64,000 bases of DNA from a virus (lineage: Duplodnaviria; Caudoviricetes), in IMG/VR virus record IMGVR_UViG_3300014204_000114, positions 32,001 through 96,000 of that record; one strand, written 5' to 3'. The position numbers were made by a program, and so were the translations under genes. Numbering within the stretch: position 1 is the stretch's first letter; each line of letters begins with the position of its first letter. The notes beneath the pieces were generated by a model. It ran no database searches and had not been told where the DNA came from. It saw only the letters and a program-made list of their open reading frames with translations. Positions 47,388-56,958 of this stretch are shown here, piece after piece.

Positions 47388-47685
47388 AAAACGCATCTAT
47401 AAATTTATCACTACGCAGCCTATAGATAGAACTTATATAGCTTTGGCAGAAAGCGAAGATGATCTTAAGGGCAAGTATAATAACGGAGAGTTTGACGAGA
47501 CTGAAGAGACCGAAGGAGATCCTACGGAGATGCTTTTGGTTGATGTGGACGATTCTGAACCGGAAGAAATGATGCAAATCACTGCATATATAGATTGTCC
47601 TGTAGATCCTTTAAAATGCTCGCATCGTTTAGAAGGTGAAGGCTGCGGTAAATGTCCTAAAGGAGCAAAGTGGGTTGAAATATGA
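47371..47685 (+). CDS. Hypothetical protein with C-terminal Cys cluster
   Basis: GAGGA SD before MKKIIKK; CPVDPLKC...CGKC. Confidence 0.7.
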   Translation: MKKIIKKRIYKFITTQPIDRTYIALAESEDDLKGKYNNGEFDETEETEGDPTEMLLVDVDDSEPEEMMQITAYIDCPVDPLKCSHRLEGEGCGKCPKGAKWVEI

Positions 47686-47966
47686 TGAAGAAAGATAAAA
47701 AATTAAAAAAGAAATTTCTTGAAATAGTGCAAACATATGCCGAGTATGGTATAGACGGGCTTAGAATAAGAATAACGCAAAAGGATTTTGATTACATAGA
47801 CAAGCATATATCCAAGCTTATTAAAATTTTCAATCTAGACCATGACGAAATCCAATCATTCTTCACTGCCCATAATAACTATAAGCACGTTATGGAATTT
47901 ATTGAAGCTATGGAGGATTTATTAGCGACGACAGATCTTTCAGGAGAAGAAAATGATAAAAATTAG
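47682..47966 (+). CDS. Hypothetical protein
   Basis: ATGA overlap. Confidence 0.65.
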   Translation: MMKKDKKLKKKFLEIVQTYAEYGIDGLRIRITQKDFDYIDKHISKLIKIFNLDHDEIQSFFTAHNNYKHVMEFIEAMEDLLATTDLSGEENDKN

Positions 47967-48480
47967 AATGGGTTTTGTTAGTAATAGCTCAAGCTCATCA
48001 TTTTTAATCGCTCTACCAAAAGAGCCGAAGGATACAGCGGAGCTTAAAGAGATGCTGGGATACGGAACAGTCCCAGAGGAATGGCTTCAGTGCATTCTTC
48101 ATAAGATTAAAATGGGAGGGGATGGCTTTTACGAAGAACGTAGAAAGCTTACTAGGGAAGAACTTCTCGCGGAGTGGTTAGAAAACTCAAGTGACACAAA
48201 ATTTTACCATGAATTATTGGGTAAGTTACGGGGACCAAAGCAAAGAAAGATTTCTAAGACAAACTACGCTCTAGCGGCAGCAGTGGCAGACGCTATATAT
48301 GAAAGAATAATAAAAGATTTTGACGAGGATACAAAAGACATGTTCCTGTGTGCCTTAAGATTCGGCTATCAAGGGGATGGCTCCCCTGCTGTCGAGGGAG
48401 AGATAGAAAAAAGTGTCGTCCTCGGAGGAATAAAACGCTTAACGACTAAACTCAATCCTCCCGGAGGAAATCATGGTTAA
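47953..48480 (+). CDS. SNSSSSS-motif family protein 1
   Basis: MIKIRMGFVSNSSSSSFLI. Confidence 0.8.
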   Translation: MIKIRMGFVSNSSSSSFLIALPKEPKDTAELKEMLGYGTVPEEWLQCILHKIKMGGDGFYEERRKLTREELLAEWLENSSDTKFYHELLGKLRGPKQRKISKTNYALAAAVADAIYERIIKDFDEDTKDMFLCALRFGYQGDGSPAVEGEIEKSVVLGGIKRLTTKLNPPGGNHG

Positions 48481-49039
48481 AATAAGAACAGGGTTTGTAT
48501 CAAATAGTTCGTCGAGTTCGTTCCTGGTATTTTTTCCAAGAAAGCCTAATAATGTAATCCAGCTTAGGGATATGTTGTTTTCCAGATATGATATAGACCA
48601 TGACTTCAGATTTAAAACAGGATTCGATGATGACCTTTCGATGTCTCTAATGGATGTCGCTGAGATAGTGTTTGATGATATGGAAAACCAAAAGCCGAAT
48701 TCTGCAAAAGTGAAGAAAGATTGGATCAAAAACAAGACATGGGATCTAGACAAGAAAGTACTCGGAGCGGCAGTCCATTGGAAGAGACTTCAAACAGAAG
48801 AGGATGGATCTGTATCCGCAAAAGAATTAGGAAGGCTTGAACGAGAATCAGAGAAAGAGGCCGAATATGATATGAAGCATACTATAGAATACTACCGCAA
48901 GGAGACAATAAAAGAAGAGGGACATTGTTTTATTTACGAATTTGAGTATGCGGATGATGATGGTACGTGGCAGGATGGCATATTAAGACATGGGAATATA
49001 TTCAGGAACTTAAGACATATTAAGGATTACAACCAATAA
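48473..49039 (+). CDS. SNSSSSS-motif family protein 2
   Basis: MVKIRTGFVSNSSSSSFLV. Confidence 0.8.
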   Translation: MVKIRTGFVSNSSSSSFLVFFPRKPNNVIQLRDMLFSRYDIDHDFRFKTGFDDDLSMSLMDVAEIVFDDMENQKPNSAKVKKDWIKNKTWDLDKKVLGAAVHWKRLQTEEDGSVSAKELGRLERESEKEAEYDMKHTIEYYRKETIKEEGHCFIYEFEYADDDGTWQDGILRHGNIFRNLRHIKDYNQ

Positions 49040-49061
49040 GAAAATCCTTCAGGAGGCAAAA

Positions 49062-49424
49062 ATGGTTAAGATAAGAATGGGACTTGTAAGTAATTCCTCA
49101 AGTTCAAGCTTTATAGTCACGTTCCCTCATGATCCTAAGAATGAGGAAGACGTATTCGATATGATGTTCCCCGGAAAAGATAGGGAGGATCATTACACTA
49201 TATATGATTACGTGACTCATCTTGGAGTAATTTCTCAGCAAGTATGGCAAGATATTCAGGAACATCGTATAAAAAATCGTAAGCCTAATTTTAAATATAA
49301 ACTTGCAGAAGGAGAGACCAAGTACTATTTCCATTATTCAGACAATGATGGAGAATTAGGAACAATTATGGAGCATGGAGATATATTCTCTAATCTAAAA
49401 CATGAACGAGAGAATCATCATTAG
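49062..49424 (+). CDS. SNSSSSS-motif family protein 3
   Basis: MVKIRMGLVSNSSSSSFIV. Confidence 0.8.
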   Translation: MVKIRMGLVSNSSSSSFIVTFPHDPKNEEDVFDMMFPGKDREDHYTIYDYVTHLGVISQQVWQDIQEHRIKNRKPNFKYKLAEGETKYYFHYSDNDGELGTIMEHGDIFSNLKHERENHH

Positions 49425-49432
49425 GAGAAAAT

Positions 49433-49729
49433 ATGAAAATTGGTAAATATATAATGTATTCGAAGGTGGACTTTGCAAGAGTCAAAGGCGAATACATCAA
49501 TAAATATCTAGGAATCGAGGAATTCACTTCAATGACGGATATGTTTGCTTTTATATCCGAATTGCTATCTGAATATACTAAACAAGCTCCATGTGATAGC
49601 GGGGCGGTTAAAAATATCGAAAAGCTAAAAAATAAATTAACGGACCTTACAAATATGGACGACGAATTCTATGTCACCAATAGTTCGTTATATGAAATAT
49701 TTATTAAGCGGATTAAAGTTGGAGAATAA
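49433..49729 (+). CDS. Hypothetical protein
   Basis: AGGAG SD. Confidence 0.65.
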   Translation: MKIGKYIMYSKVDFARVKGEYINKYLGIEEFTSMTDMFAFISELLSEYTKQAPCDSGAVKNIEKLKNKLTDLTNMDDEFYVTNSSLYEIFIKRIKVGE

Positions 49730-49900
49730 GTATGGGAATAGATAAAGAAGAGTGGATTTATTATTTAAATGAGATTCGTCTTTCGGCAGAAACAGTCAGA
49801 GCAAATTGGAACCATATGAGCGCCGGAGACATTAACGACGAGATGGAAAATATAAAAACAAAAACTGAAATATTATTAGGCGATATTAAAGAGGACTAAA

Positions 49901-50470
49901 ATGGTTAAAATAAGATTAGGATTTGTATCAAATAGCTCATCGTCATCATTTTTAGTGGCTTTCCCGAAAAAGCCTAATAATGCAGACGAATTAAAAGCCA
50001 TGTTATTTACTAAATATCAATGTGATATCGAAAATAGCCAGAGAATGGATGATGTTTCCAGTTATTTATTCGATAAGATCTGTGAATTTCTAGATATAAA
50101 TAGAAAGAAAAAAGACTTAAGAAAATTTGTTATAAATGAATGGGAAAAACATCCGGATCCTGATATCTGGTGCGAGAAGAAAAAAGAAGTGGATCAGGAG
50201 TGGGAGCACGAACACGGTAAAAGATTCGTATGTGATTGTAATGATCCAGAATCGCGAAAAGAATTAGATAAAATACACAAAGAGACCGATAGGCGCGCTA
50301 AGATCTGGTCGGATTGCGATGTGGAAGAATTTGAAGAAAATACCAGAGGATGGTTCGTGTGTACATTTGAGTTAGGAAATGCCACTTTTGATACTGCTTC
50401 ATTGTGTGAAGAATTAGAACATAGCGGAGTGTTCAATCACTTGCCACATATAATCCATAATAATCATTAG
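49901..50470 (+). CDS. SNSSSSS-motif family protein 4
   Basis: MVKIRLGFVSNSSSSSFLV. Confidence 0.8.
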   Translation: MVKIRLGFVSNSSSSSFLVAFPKKPNNADELKAMLFTKYQCDIENSQRMDDVSSYLFDKICEFLDINRKKKDLRKFVINEWEKHPDPDIWCEKKKEVDQEWEHEHGKRFVCDCNDPESRKELDKIHKETDRRAKIWSDCDVEEFEENTRGWFVCTFELGNATFDTASLCEELEHSGVFNHLPHIIHNNH

Positions 50471-50479
50471 AGGTAAAAA

Positions 50480-50779
50480 ATGATCAAAGTAAAATGGGCA
50501 CGACATCATTATCTACACTTATTCTTTATATGGATTTATGTCTTAGTAATTCGTTCATTCTCTCATTTTGCCTTTTGGTGCCAGATAAAATTTGCAGCCT
50601 TTATAAGTACTAAAGGAATCTATTATGGCTATTTTAACCCTGGAGAATTACGTATTGAAGGTAAGAATGTCGATAAATGGAGACTTATAAAAGATGAAGT
50701 AATTTATACTGGTAAATGGGGGAGAGAATTGGGACGTCTGAATGTAAAAGAATTTGATCAAAAGAATAAGGTAGAATAA
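50480..50779 (+). CDS. Hypothetical membrane-associated protein
   Basis: GAGG SD. Confidence 0.6.
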   Translation: MIKVKWARHHYLHLFFIWIYVLVIRSFSHFAFWCQIKFAAFISTKGIYYGYFNPGELRIEGKNVDKWRLIKDEVIYTGKWGRELGRLNVKEFDQKNKVE

Positions 50780-50780
50780 A

Positions 50781-51086
50781 ATGAAAAAGATAACTGTTTC
50801 AAGATCTGACCGTTTTATAAAAGAGTTTAAGGATATCATTAATTGTCAGTATCCAAGTAGTCAAAGCCCTAGTATGCCTTTGACTTTTAAAGAACATATC
50901 CGACATATACAAAGTCTCATAACAGAAGCTTTCCTGAAAACTATCGACGAACCTATTCTGGACGACGATATGGACGATCTAATTTATTTCTCATTTAAGA
51001 TATTTGATGATAATTTGTGCATCACATTCGATAGCGACTATTTGCAGGGCTATTTTGATGTTGAAAATATAACTATAAGATTATAG
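50781..51086 (+). CDS. Hypothetical protein (shares a domain with 43853-44539)
   Basis: MPLTF...F.IF.D...I.F..D.LQ.YF. Confidence 0.7.
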   Translation: MKKITVSRSDRFIKEFKDIINCQYPSSQSPSMPLTFKEHIRHIQSLITEAFLKTIDEPILDDDMDDLIYFSFKIFDDNLCITFDSDYLQGYFDVENITIRL

Positions 51087-51094
51087 GAGAAATT

Positions 51095-51642
51095 ATGAAA
51101 ATTATAGAAGCATTGGAATACTTAGCTGAGAATTGCCATGACTATGAATCAGGTTCTAACTATTTAAAATCAATGTCCAAATACTGTTTAGCCAGTATTA
51201 TATACAAAAACTACAGTATAAACTGTTTTATCAAAAAATAGATAACAAGTTTTTTATTATAGGGCAGTATCATCCGGGACGAAGTATGGAAATAGATCCT
51301 CAGTTTGTATCTAATGTAGCTTGGATTAATAGCCACCATGAGTGTCATAACCTCTCAATTAGCACAGAAGTTACTAAAGCATATCCGCCTCCTTACAGTT
51401 ATAAAGTAATAGGCCAGTCAGGACATTTAGAAAACGTTATACTCTCAGAATATTATTACGTTTACGAGTTCGTAAAGAAGCTAGATCTCCCGCACGAACT
51501 TAACGATTTTAACTGGGATGGTAAGATATTAACCTTCTCTTCCGGAAGAGAACCTATCACTAGACAAACTCTGGAAAAGAAAGGGATCTTTAGCGAAAGA
51601 GACGGAGAGATTAAAGAGAATTACTGCGCTGAGGCATTATGA
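51095..51642 (+). pseudogene. Single gene split by a -1 frameshift in an A6 run (51233-51238)
   Basis: SD-led MKIIEALEY...CFIKK* joins ...IDNKFFIIGQYHPGRSMEIDPQ (51286 ORF) in the -1 frame. Confidence 0.55.
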
Positions 51643-51836
51643 AAATTATGGAAATAATTGGACACGAAGAAATACCTGAATTAGGCGAAGAGCCTACTAT
51701 AAAACAAGTCGTTAAATACTTACTTGATATTCTTGAAAAATATCAAAAAAGAGGATACGAGGACATCACTTTAAGAGATGATAACGGTGCTGGATTTATA
51801 GTATCGGGGAAAGAAATTGAAAACAAAGATATTTAA
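51639..51836 (+). CDS. Hypothetical protein
   Basis: ATGA overlap. Confidence 0.6.
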   Translation: MKIMEIIGHEEIPELGEEPTIKQVVKYLLDILEKYQKRGYEDITLRDDNGAGFIVSGKEIENKDI

Positions 51837-52035
51837 ATCGTTCGAAGAATTCTTAAAATCTTATTATCCCAAACATCACTGCGACGGATGCAGGTTTTAT
51901 AAAACCAATCCTAACGCGGAGCCATGTACAATCTTAAGCGACAGCCGGCATTATAGGATAATGGGAAACTCCAAAGAAGTAACTGACAAAATGATAGAAC
52001 GCTGCAAAGAGATGAGGTATAAAGAGAAAATATGA
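51817..52035 (+). CDS. Small Cys-containing protein
   Basis: CDGCRFY. Confidence 0.55.
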   Translation: MKTKIFKSFEEFLKSYYPKHHCDGCRFYKTNPNAEPCTILSDSRHYRIMGNSKEVTDKMIERCKEMRYKEKI

Positions 52036-52050
52036 CAATTACATTAAAAT

Positions 52051-52302
52051 ATGTCGTTAGCTGAGGTCCTTATGACAAATAAAATATTTGAAAAAGAAAT
52101 AACAGTAAAAATAAAAATGACCCGTTCTCAGACGAACGTACTTCGTTGCGACGAATGCCCTTTTTATAACGACTTCTTTAACGAGGGTACCTGGAGAACA
52201 GATGAAGAATGCAAATGTCCCGAGAACTACGATTTAGAATTAGAATTTCACGAAGCTCAAAAGAGATGCTTCGAAAGACATTTTAAAAATACCAATAAGT
52301 AA
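52051..52302 (+). CDS. Small Cys-containing protein
   Basis: CDECPFY. Confidence 0.6.
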   Translation: MSLAEVLMTNKIFEKEITVKIKMTRSQTNVLRCDECPFYNDFFNEGTWRTDEECKCPENYDLELEFHEAQKRCFERHFKNTNK

Positions 52303-52311
52303 GGAGAGAAT

Positions 52312-52695
52312 ATGCCAATTGTACTAAAAGGGAAAACGGTTCTGTTAGGAGTTATTGGGGTAGATTCGGGCCAGGTATTAATTTGCGATCCGTGCTATAT
52401 TGATTCAAGTTGGAAAAAAACGGAATACAGAGACGAAGACCCGGACGCAGTTGGAGAATTTTCATATAACGGGTGCTGTAATACTAATGATCCTTTTATA
52501 CGAACTGCCGGCTCGCATCCAGTTGAAAATATAGGACAGCTCGGATTCGACAAGACTTTGGACGGCGCAGGAGTTACCTCTAAAACTATGGTCGGAGACG
52601 GAGTCTATAACGTATATGGAATACTGAATGAGAAGGGTGAAGTAAAAGGCATCTATATAGATTTTGAGGAGCCGGCAGATGTATCAGAGGAATAA
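52312..52695 (+). CDS. DUF4241-like protein
   Basis: GVIGVDSGQVLICDPCY...GDGVYNVYG. Confidence 0.65.
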   Translation: MPIVLKGKTVLLGVIGVDSGQVLICDPCYIDSSWKKTEYRDEDPDAVGEFSYNGCCNTNDPFIRTAGSHPVENIGQLGFDKTLDGAGVTSKTMVGDGVYNVYGILNEKGEVKGIYIDFEEPADVSEE

Positions 52696-53128
52696 TCTGA
52701 TTACTAAAGAAGATATACTTTCGGCAAAGTGCAAATATAAGAAGTTAAAACTTATAGAACAAGCCGAATGCGTGAAGTACGGAGGGACTATTGACTGGAT
52801 ACATATATCCTGGAAAGACGAGATAACGTCAATGAAAATAAATAAACATCTTAAAGTTGTTGGGACTCTTCCTCTCGGAGATGTATATAAAGTATACATA
52901 TATCCTTCTATTGATTATAAAGATAGGGGTACTTATTTTTTCTTAGAAGAAAGACTAGATTCAAATAGAGAATCCTGTCAGGGGATTAGAAAAGAGCAGA
53001 TATCATTCGCGGCTTATTATAATATGGATTTTAGAATTATTAACTCTAGATCAAATGTATTAAATAATATCCCTGATATGCCATGGCTTGCCGCGGAGAA
53101 GTATCTTAAAGAGATGTATAACGACTAA
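52664..53128 (+). CDS. Hypothetical protein
   Basis: ORF in the operon. Confidence 0.6.
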   Translation: MRSRQMYQRNNLITKEDILSAKCKYKKLKLIEQAECVKYGGTIDWIHISWKDEITSMKINKHLKVVGTLPLGDVYKVYIYPSIDYKDRGTYFFLEERLDSNRESCQGIRKEQISFAAYYNMDFRIINSRSNVLNNIPDMPWLAAEKYLKEMYND

Positions 53129-53522
53129 GGAGGAGCAAATGTTACTAGTTATTTATACAATTATTTTTATAATAATAACCCTATGTGTAGTTTTCGCGGG
53201 ATTCTTATTTATTATGGGGATAATGTTTGGGATAACAAAGAGAGGGATCGTTTTAACTATTATTAAAGACAATACTTTGGATCCTAAATATTACTCCGAA
53301 TTACTGGCAATCCTAAACAGAGAACTCAAAAATAGTCAGATAATGGAATTTACTAAAAAGATCCCGAGAAAGAGTAAAAATAAACTAGAACAGATAGTTC
53401 CATTAGTTATGGAGCAATGCAAAGATTTAAGGGCGCATATCTATTATTATAAGATTCAGCCTTTGCTGAAATCAATTGAAGTAAAATACGAATCAATTGA
53501 AAAACCAAATAAGTTAAATTAA
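53088..53522 (+). CDS. Membrane-anchored protein (start probably MLLVIY)
   Basis: GGAGG SD; TM segment. Confidence 0.7.
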   Translation: MPRRSILKRCITTKEEQMLLVIYTIIFIIITLCVVFAGFLFIMGIMFGITKRGIVLTIIKDNTLDPKYYSELLAILNRELKNSQIMEFTKKIPRKSKNKLEQIVPLVMEQCKDLRAHIYYYKIQPLLKSIEVKYESIEKPNKLN

Positions 53523-53534
53523 TCGGAGGCAAAA

Positions 53535-55562
53535 ATGTCGATGTATCCTTTTACGTTATTCTTTGAGAAAACATTAAGCGATGAAGATTTCGCAAGCATT
53601 AGTTCACATTTAGAAAGTCTTGACCTTCCTGTTATGCCGTTGATGCTAGAAGAGGGATTAAGCGGTTATGTCATTAATATAACTGACGCCGCGAAAGAAG
53701 AAAAATTAAAAAGAATACTTACTAGTATGGGAGGCTTTGCTAAGTTGTCAGGGATGGCTTACGATGGCCTAATGAGGCTACCTTATGCTTTTGACGCGTT
53801 GATTAAAAGTCAGCTTACGACTCCTGCAGTTCCTGCTATGGAAGACGCGTCCGAAACAAGAAGAAGTTCAGAAGGATGTAACGATGCTCCATGCAGAGGA
53901 TGCGACGCAGAAGAGTGCGAGAATAGAGACGAAGATTACGATGAATATTATGATAATGATAGAGAAAACGAAACCCATAATCACGACGATGATTGCATAT
54001 GTAGATTCTGTGACGAGCCGAATTGCGAAGATAGAGATGAAGAGTTTTTGTGTGGGGGGACTTTAGAAGAATGTGGAGAATGTGATAAAGATTGCCAGTA
54101 CAGGCAAAATGTATTGGCGACTCCTGCCCATCTAACTCCCGAAACCAGAGCTGAAGTAATAGAAGCATTACAAATAGAAATCCCAATAGACGATACTACG
54201 AGAACAGTAAGGGATGGATATTCCGATTTTGCGACAAAGAGCTATAAAAGATATTATAATCCATCCTTAGAATGCGTGAGCCCCACAGGTAATATAGGAT
54301 TATTGCCTTATAGGATGGCTTCCAGATCTCATACGAAAGACGGGCTTAATTTATATTCGAAAGCTATAGCTAAATTGTCCGACGGTGACGGGCCAATGCT
54401 CGTATTTCTTACGAAGTATAGCGATAACGGAGAGGCTCATTGGGAACAGTTGAAGATTATAACAGAAGCTGTCTTAGATGTTATAGAGCCTGCAAAATTA
54501 AACAGATTTAAAACAATATATATATCGGAAACTCATAATTCTGCTCCTATCACTCCGATGGCTATAGACGATAATCTGTATATATGGCTGTGGGCCGATA
54601 TAAAATCCTGTTCCAGCGCAGAGAGGCTAAAATCTCCCGTATATGGGATGACATTAAGAGATTGCGGGATGACAGACCACTTGTCGATATACGATCATAA
54701 TTTGTATGATTATGTGAATTATAGCGACCGATCCGAGGCAATTGCAGGCGTGTCCGGGAATAACATTTATACATTTTTTGACTTGATGCATCCGGACCCC
54801 GAAGGGATTAAAAAGCTTGAATGGAGAAAATCGTATTACGAATTATGGAAAAAGCTTATTCTTGATATGTCCAGCAATATGATGTTAACTCCGGAAGAGA
54901 TATCAAATAAAGCCCAAAAGCAGTTTATCTCTTCTTATAAGAAGTCTATGATCGATTCTATAAACAATTTGAAGAGTGAGATAAGCAGCATATCGCAAAT
55001 AGTCCAGTCTTATGAACGGGATTTTAAAGAGAAGTATTCCGAGATGAAGCAAAAAGAGGATATGCTTTATACTATCGAGGCTAATAAAGACGAAGACAAA
55101 CTGGATTTGAGAGCCCTTGAAATTATAGATATGATAAAAAAGTCTAAGCTTACCAAAAGTGTAGAGTTTGATAAAAGTCAATATCTAATAGTAAATACGA
55201 AAAACATTTTCTGCACCGATCCAAGACAAGGCAACGTCTATGAGCTTGGCGAATTTAAGATTAAGATTCCGTTCAACGGAAAAACTTCAAGCGATATAAG
55301 AATACTGAATCAAACAAGGACGGTGGATGGTTATTGGCACAATCATAATGCCCCGCATGTTGATAATAACGGGAAGCCTTGTTGGGGTTCCGTTGCTATA
55401 GATATGACTAAGGTTTTAACAGAAAAGAAATTCTACGAAGTTTATATGATGTGCCTGGCCTTTTTAGAGACTGTAAACCCGGCTGATTCGGCTGGAGCAT
55501 ACATAGAAAGATGGCCTAAAGTCGAAAGTAAAACTGAAGAAAAAACAGCTGAAGTCGCTTAA
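53535..55562 (+). CDS. Multidomain protein: Cys/acidic repeats, coiled coil, C-terminal prokaryotic E2 (UBC-like) domain
   Basis: APHVDNNGKPCWGS...FLETVNPADSAG; context next to E1/JAB/Ubl. Confidence 0.72.
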   Translation: MSMYPFTLFFEKTLSDEDFASISSHLESLDLPVMPLMLEEGLSGYVINITDAAKEEKLKRILTSMGGFAKLSGMAYDGLMRLPYAFDALIKSQLTTPAVPAMEDASETRRSSEGCNDAPCRGCDAEECENRDEDYDEYYDNDRENETHNHDDDCICRFCDEPNCEDRDEEFLCGGTLEECGECDKDCQYRQNVLATPAHLTPETRAEVIEALQIEIPIDDTTRTVRDGYSDFATKSYKRYYNPSLECVSPTGNIGLLPYRMASRSHTKDGLNLYSKAIAKLSDGDGPMLVFLTKYSDNGEAHWEQLKIITEAVLDVIEPAKLNRFKTIYISETHNSAPITPMAIDDNLYIWLWADIKSCSSAERLKSPVYGMTLRDCGMTDHLSIYDHNLYDYVNYSDRSEAIAGVSGNNIYTFFDLMHPDPEGIKKLEWRKSYYELWKKLILDMSSNMMLTPEEISNKAQKQFISSYKKSMIDSINNLKSEISSISQIVQSYERDFKEKYSEMKQKEDMLYTIEANKDEDKLDLRALEIIDMIKKSKLTKSVEFDKSQYLIVNTKNIFCTDPRQGNVYELGEFKIKIPFNGKTSSDIRILNQTRTVDGYWHNHNAPHVDNNGKPCWGSVAIDMTKVLTEKKFYEVYMMCLAFLETVNPADSAGAYIERWPKVESKTEEKTAEVA

Positions 55563-55576
55563 GAAAGGAGTTTAAA

Positions 55577-56233
55577 TTGGACACAATCAGACCAGCAGAG
55601 TGCAGGAATAGGGTTATATTCAAAGGAGAGATCCCTAAAGTCACTATCTCTCCTGAAGTCATAGACGATTTGTCAATTCTGAAACACCAGGTTGACGGAG
55701 AATTTATGTTCGGAATAATGGCGGAATATGTCGATAACGAATTTAAGATCCAGGGGGTGTATATGTTCCCCCAGACGGTTAATTACGCCGGAGTCAAACC
55801 TAAGACCGAAACTACGATAGAGGAACTATTCTTAAGCATGCCTAATGTCCTTGGAATAGGAATCTGCGAAGAAAAAATGGAAGAATGCGAAAAGGATCTT
55901 AAGGATCATATTGAAAAATTAACCGAAAATATCCCGGTCCCATTCGTTTCAATTTATCTGAATTTTAAAGGCGAATGTCAGGTAAACGCTCATAACTTCG
56001 ACATGTGGGAATTTAAGGATCTTAAGTGGAAATTCCCGACAGTTGTAGATGCTGAAGAAAGAAGAGCTTACTGGGAAAATCAAATTAAAGAGCATGTAGG
56101 GTCCTTCGCTTATCACTATAGCTCGAATCCAATTGGAGGACCAGCATCATGCGGGGCGTCTGCGGAAGCGTATAAAAATGCATTCCCCGGAGCTGCAGAT
56201 GATGAATGTCCTACAGGATTTTATGGGATTTAA
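55577..56233 (+). CDS. JAB/MPN-fold protein lacking the catalytic HxH (pseudo-JAB)
   Basis: Aligns with 62382-63503 (YMFPQ, LNFKG, DLKW, YWENQI), but HSH...D is replaced. Confidence 0.65.
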   Translation: MDTIRPAECRNRVIFKGEIPKVTISPEVIDDLSILKHQVDGEFMFGIMAEYVDNEFKIQGVYMFPQTVNYAGVKPKTETTIEELFLSMPNVLGIGICEEKMEECEKDLKDHIEKLTENIPVPFVSIYLNFKGECQVNAHNFDMWEFKDLKWKFPTVVDAEERRAYWENQIKEHVGSFAYHYSSNPIGGPASCGASAEAYKNAFPGAADDECPTGFYGI

Positions 56234-56242
56234 GGAGAGAAA

Positions 56243-56926
56243 ATGATTGAGACTATGAGACATGTCGCCGTAATTGATCTTGAGCACTCTACAGCCAAAG
56301 ACACAGCTATACATGTGATAGGCTGCGGAGCTTTAGGGTCAAGAGTAGCTTTGGGATTAGCCAAATTAGGCGTTAGTAATATGCATTTATGGGACTTCGA
56401 CAAGATCGAGAGTCATAATATAGCGAATCAGGCATACGGGATTTTGGATGTAGGAAGATATAAAGTAGAAGCTCTCGCAGGGCTGATAGCGAGACAGACC
56501 GGCTTAAAGACCGTGCCTCACCCGGAAAAAGTCGTGAATCAACATTTGTTTGGTTTTATTTTTCTTTTACCTGACTCTATGGAGTCAAGAAGGGAGATTT
56601 GGGATGAGAGCATTAAGTGGAAAGCTGTCGCCTTATTTGAAGGCAGGATGGGCGTATCTGAAGGAAGGGTTTATTACGTTAATCCAAAGGATCCTGTTCA
56701 CATTAGTAAATGGGAGTCTACCCTTTGTCTTGACTCCGAAGCTGAAGATTCTGTTTGCGGTTCTCACATTGCTGTTGGACCTACAGCGGAATTTATCTCC
56801 GCGCTTATGCAATGGCAGTTCATTAAGTATATAAACTCTTTGGAGAAGCCTAGAAAAGTGGAAAATGAGATTATAGCGTATGTAGATCCGCCGCTATATC
56901 TGATGAATTGCTGGAATAATCAATAG
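56243..56926 (+). CDS. ThiF/MoeB-family E1-like adenylyltransferase
   Basis: VIGCGALGS, WDFDKIESHNIANQAY, KVEAL, PDSMESRR, GRMG, SVCG. Confidence 0.93.
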   Translation: MIETMRHVAVIDLEHSTAKDTAIHVIGCGALGSRVALGLAKLGVSNMHLWDFDKIESHNIANQAYGILDVGRYKVEALAGLIARQTGLKTVPHPEKVVNQHLFGFIFLLPDSMESRREIWDESIKWKAVALFEGRMGVSEGRVYYVNPKDPVHISKWESTLCLDSEAEDSVCGSHIAVGPTAEFISALMQWQFIKYINSLEKPRKVENEIIAYVDPPLYLMNCWNNQ

Positions 56927-56958
56927 TAAACTAATAACCAATATAAAGGAGAATTAGA

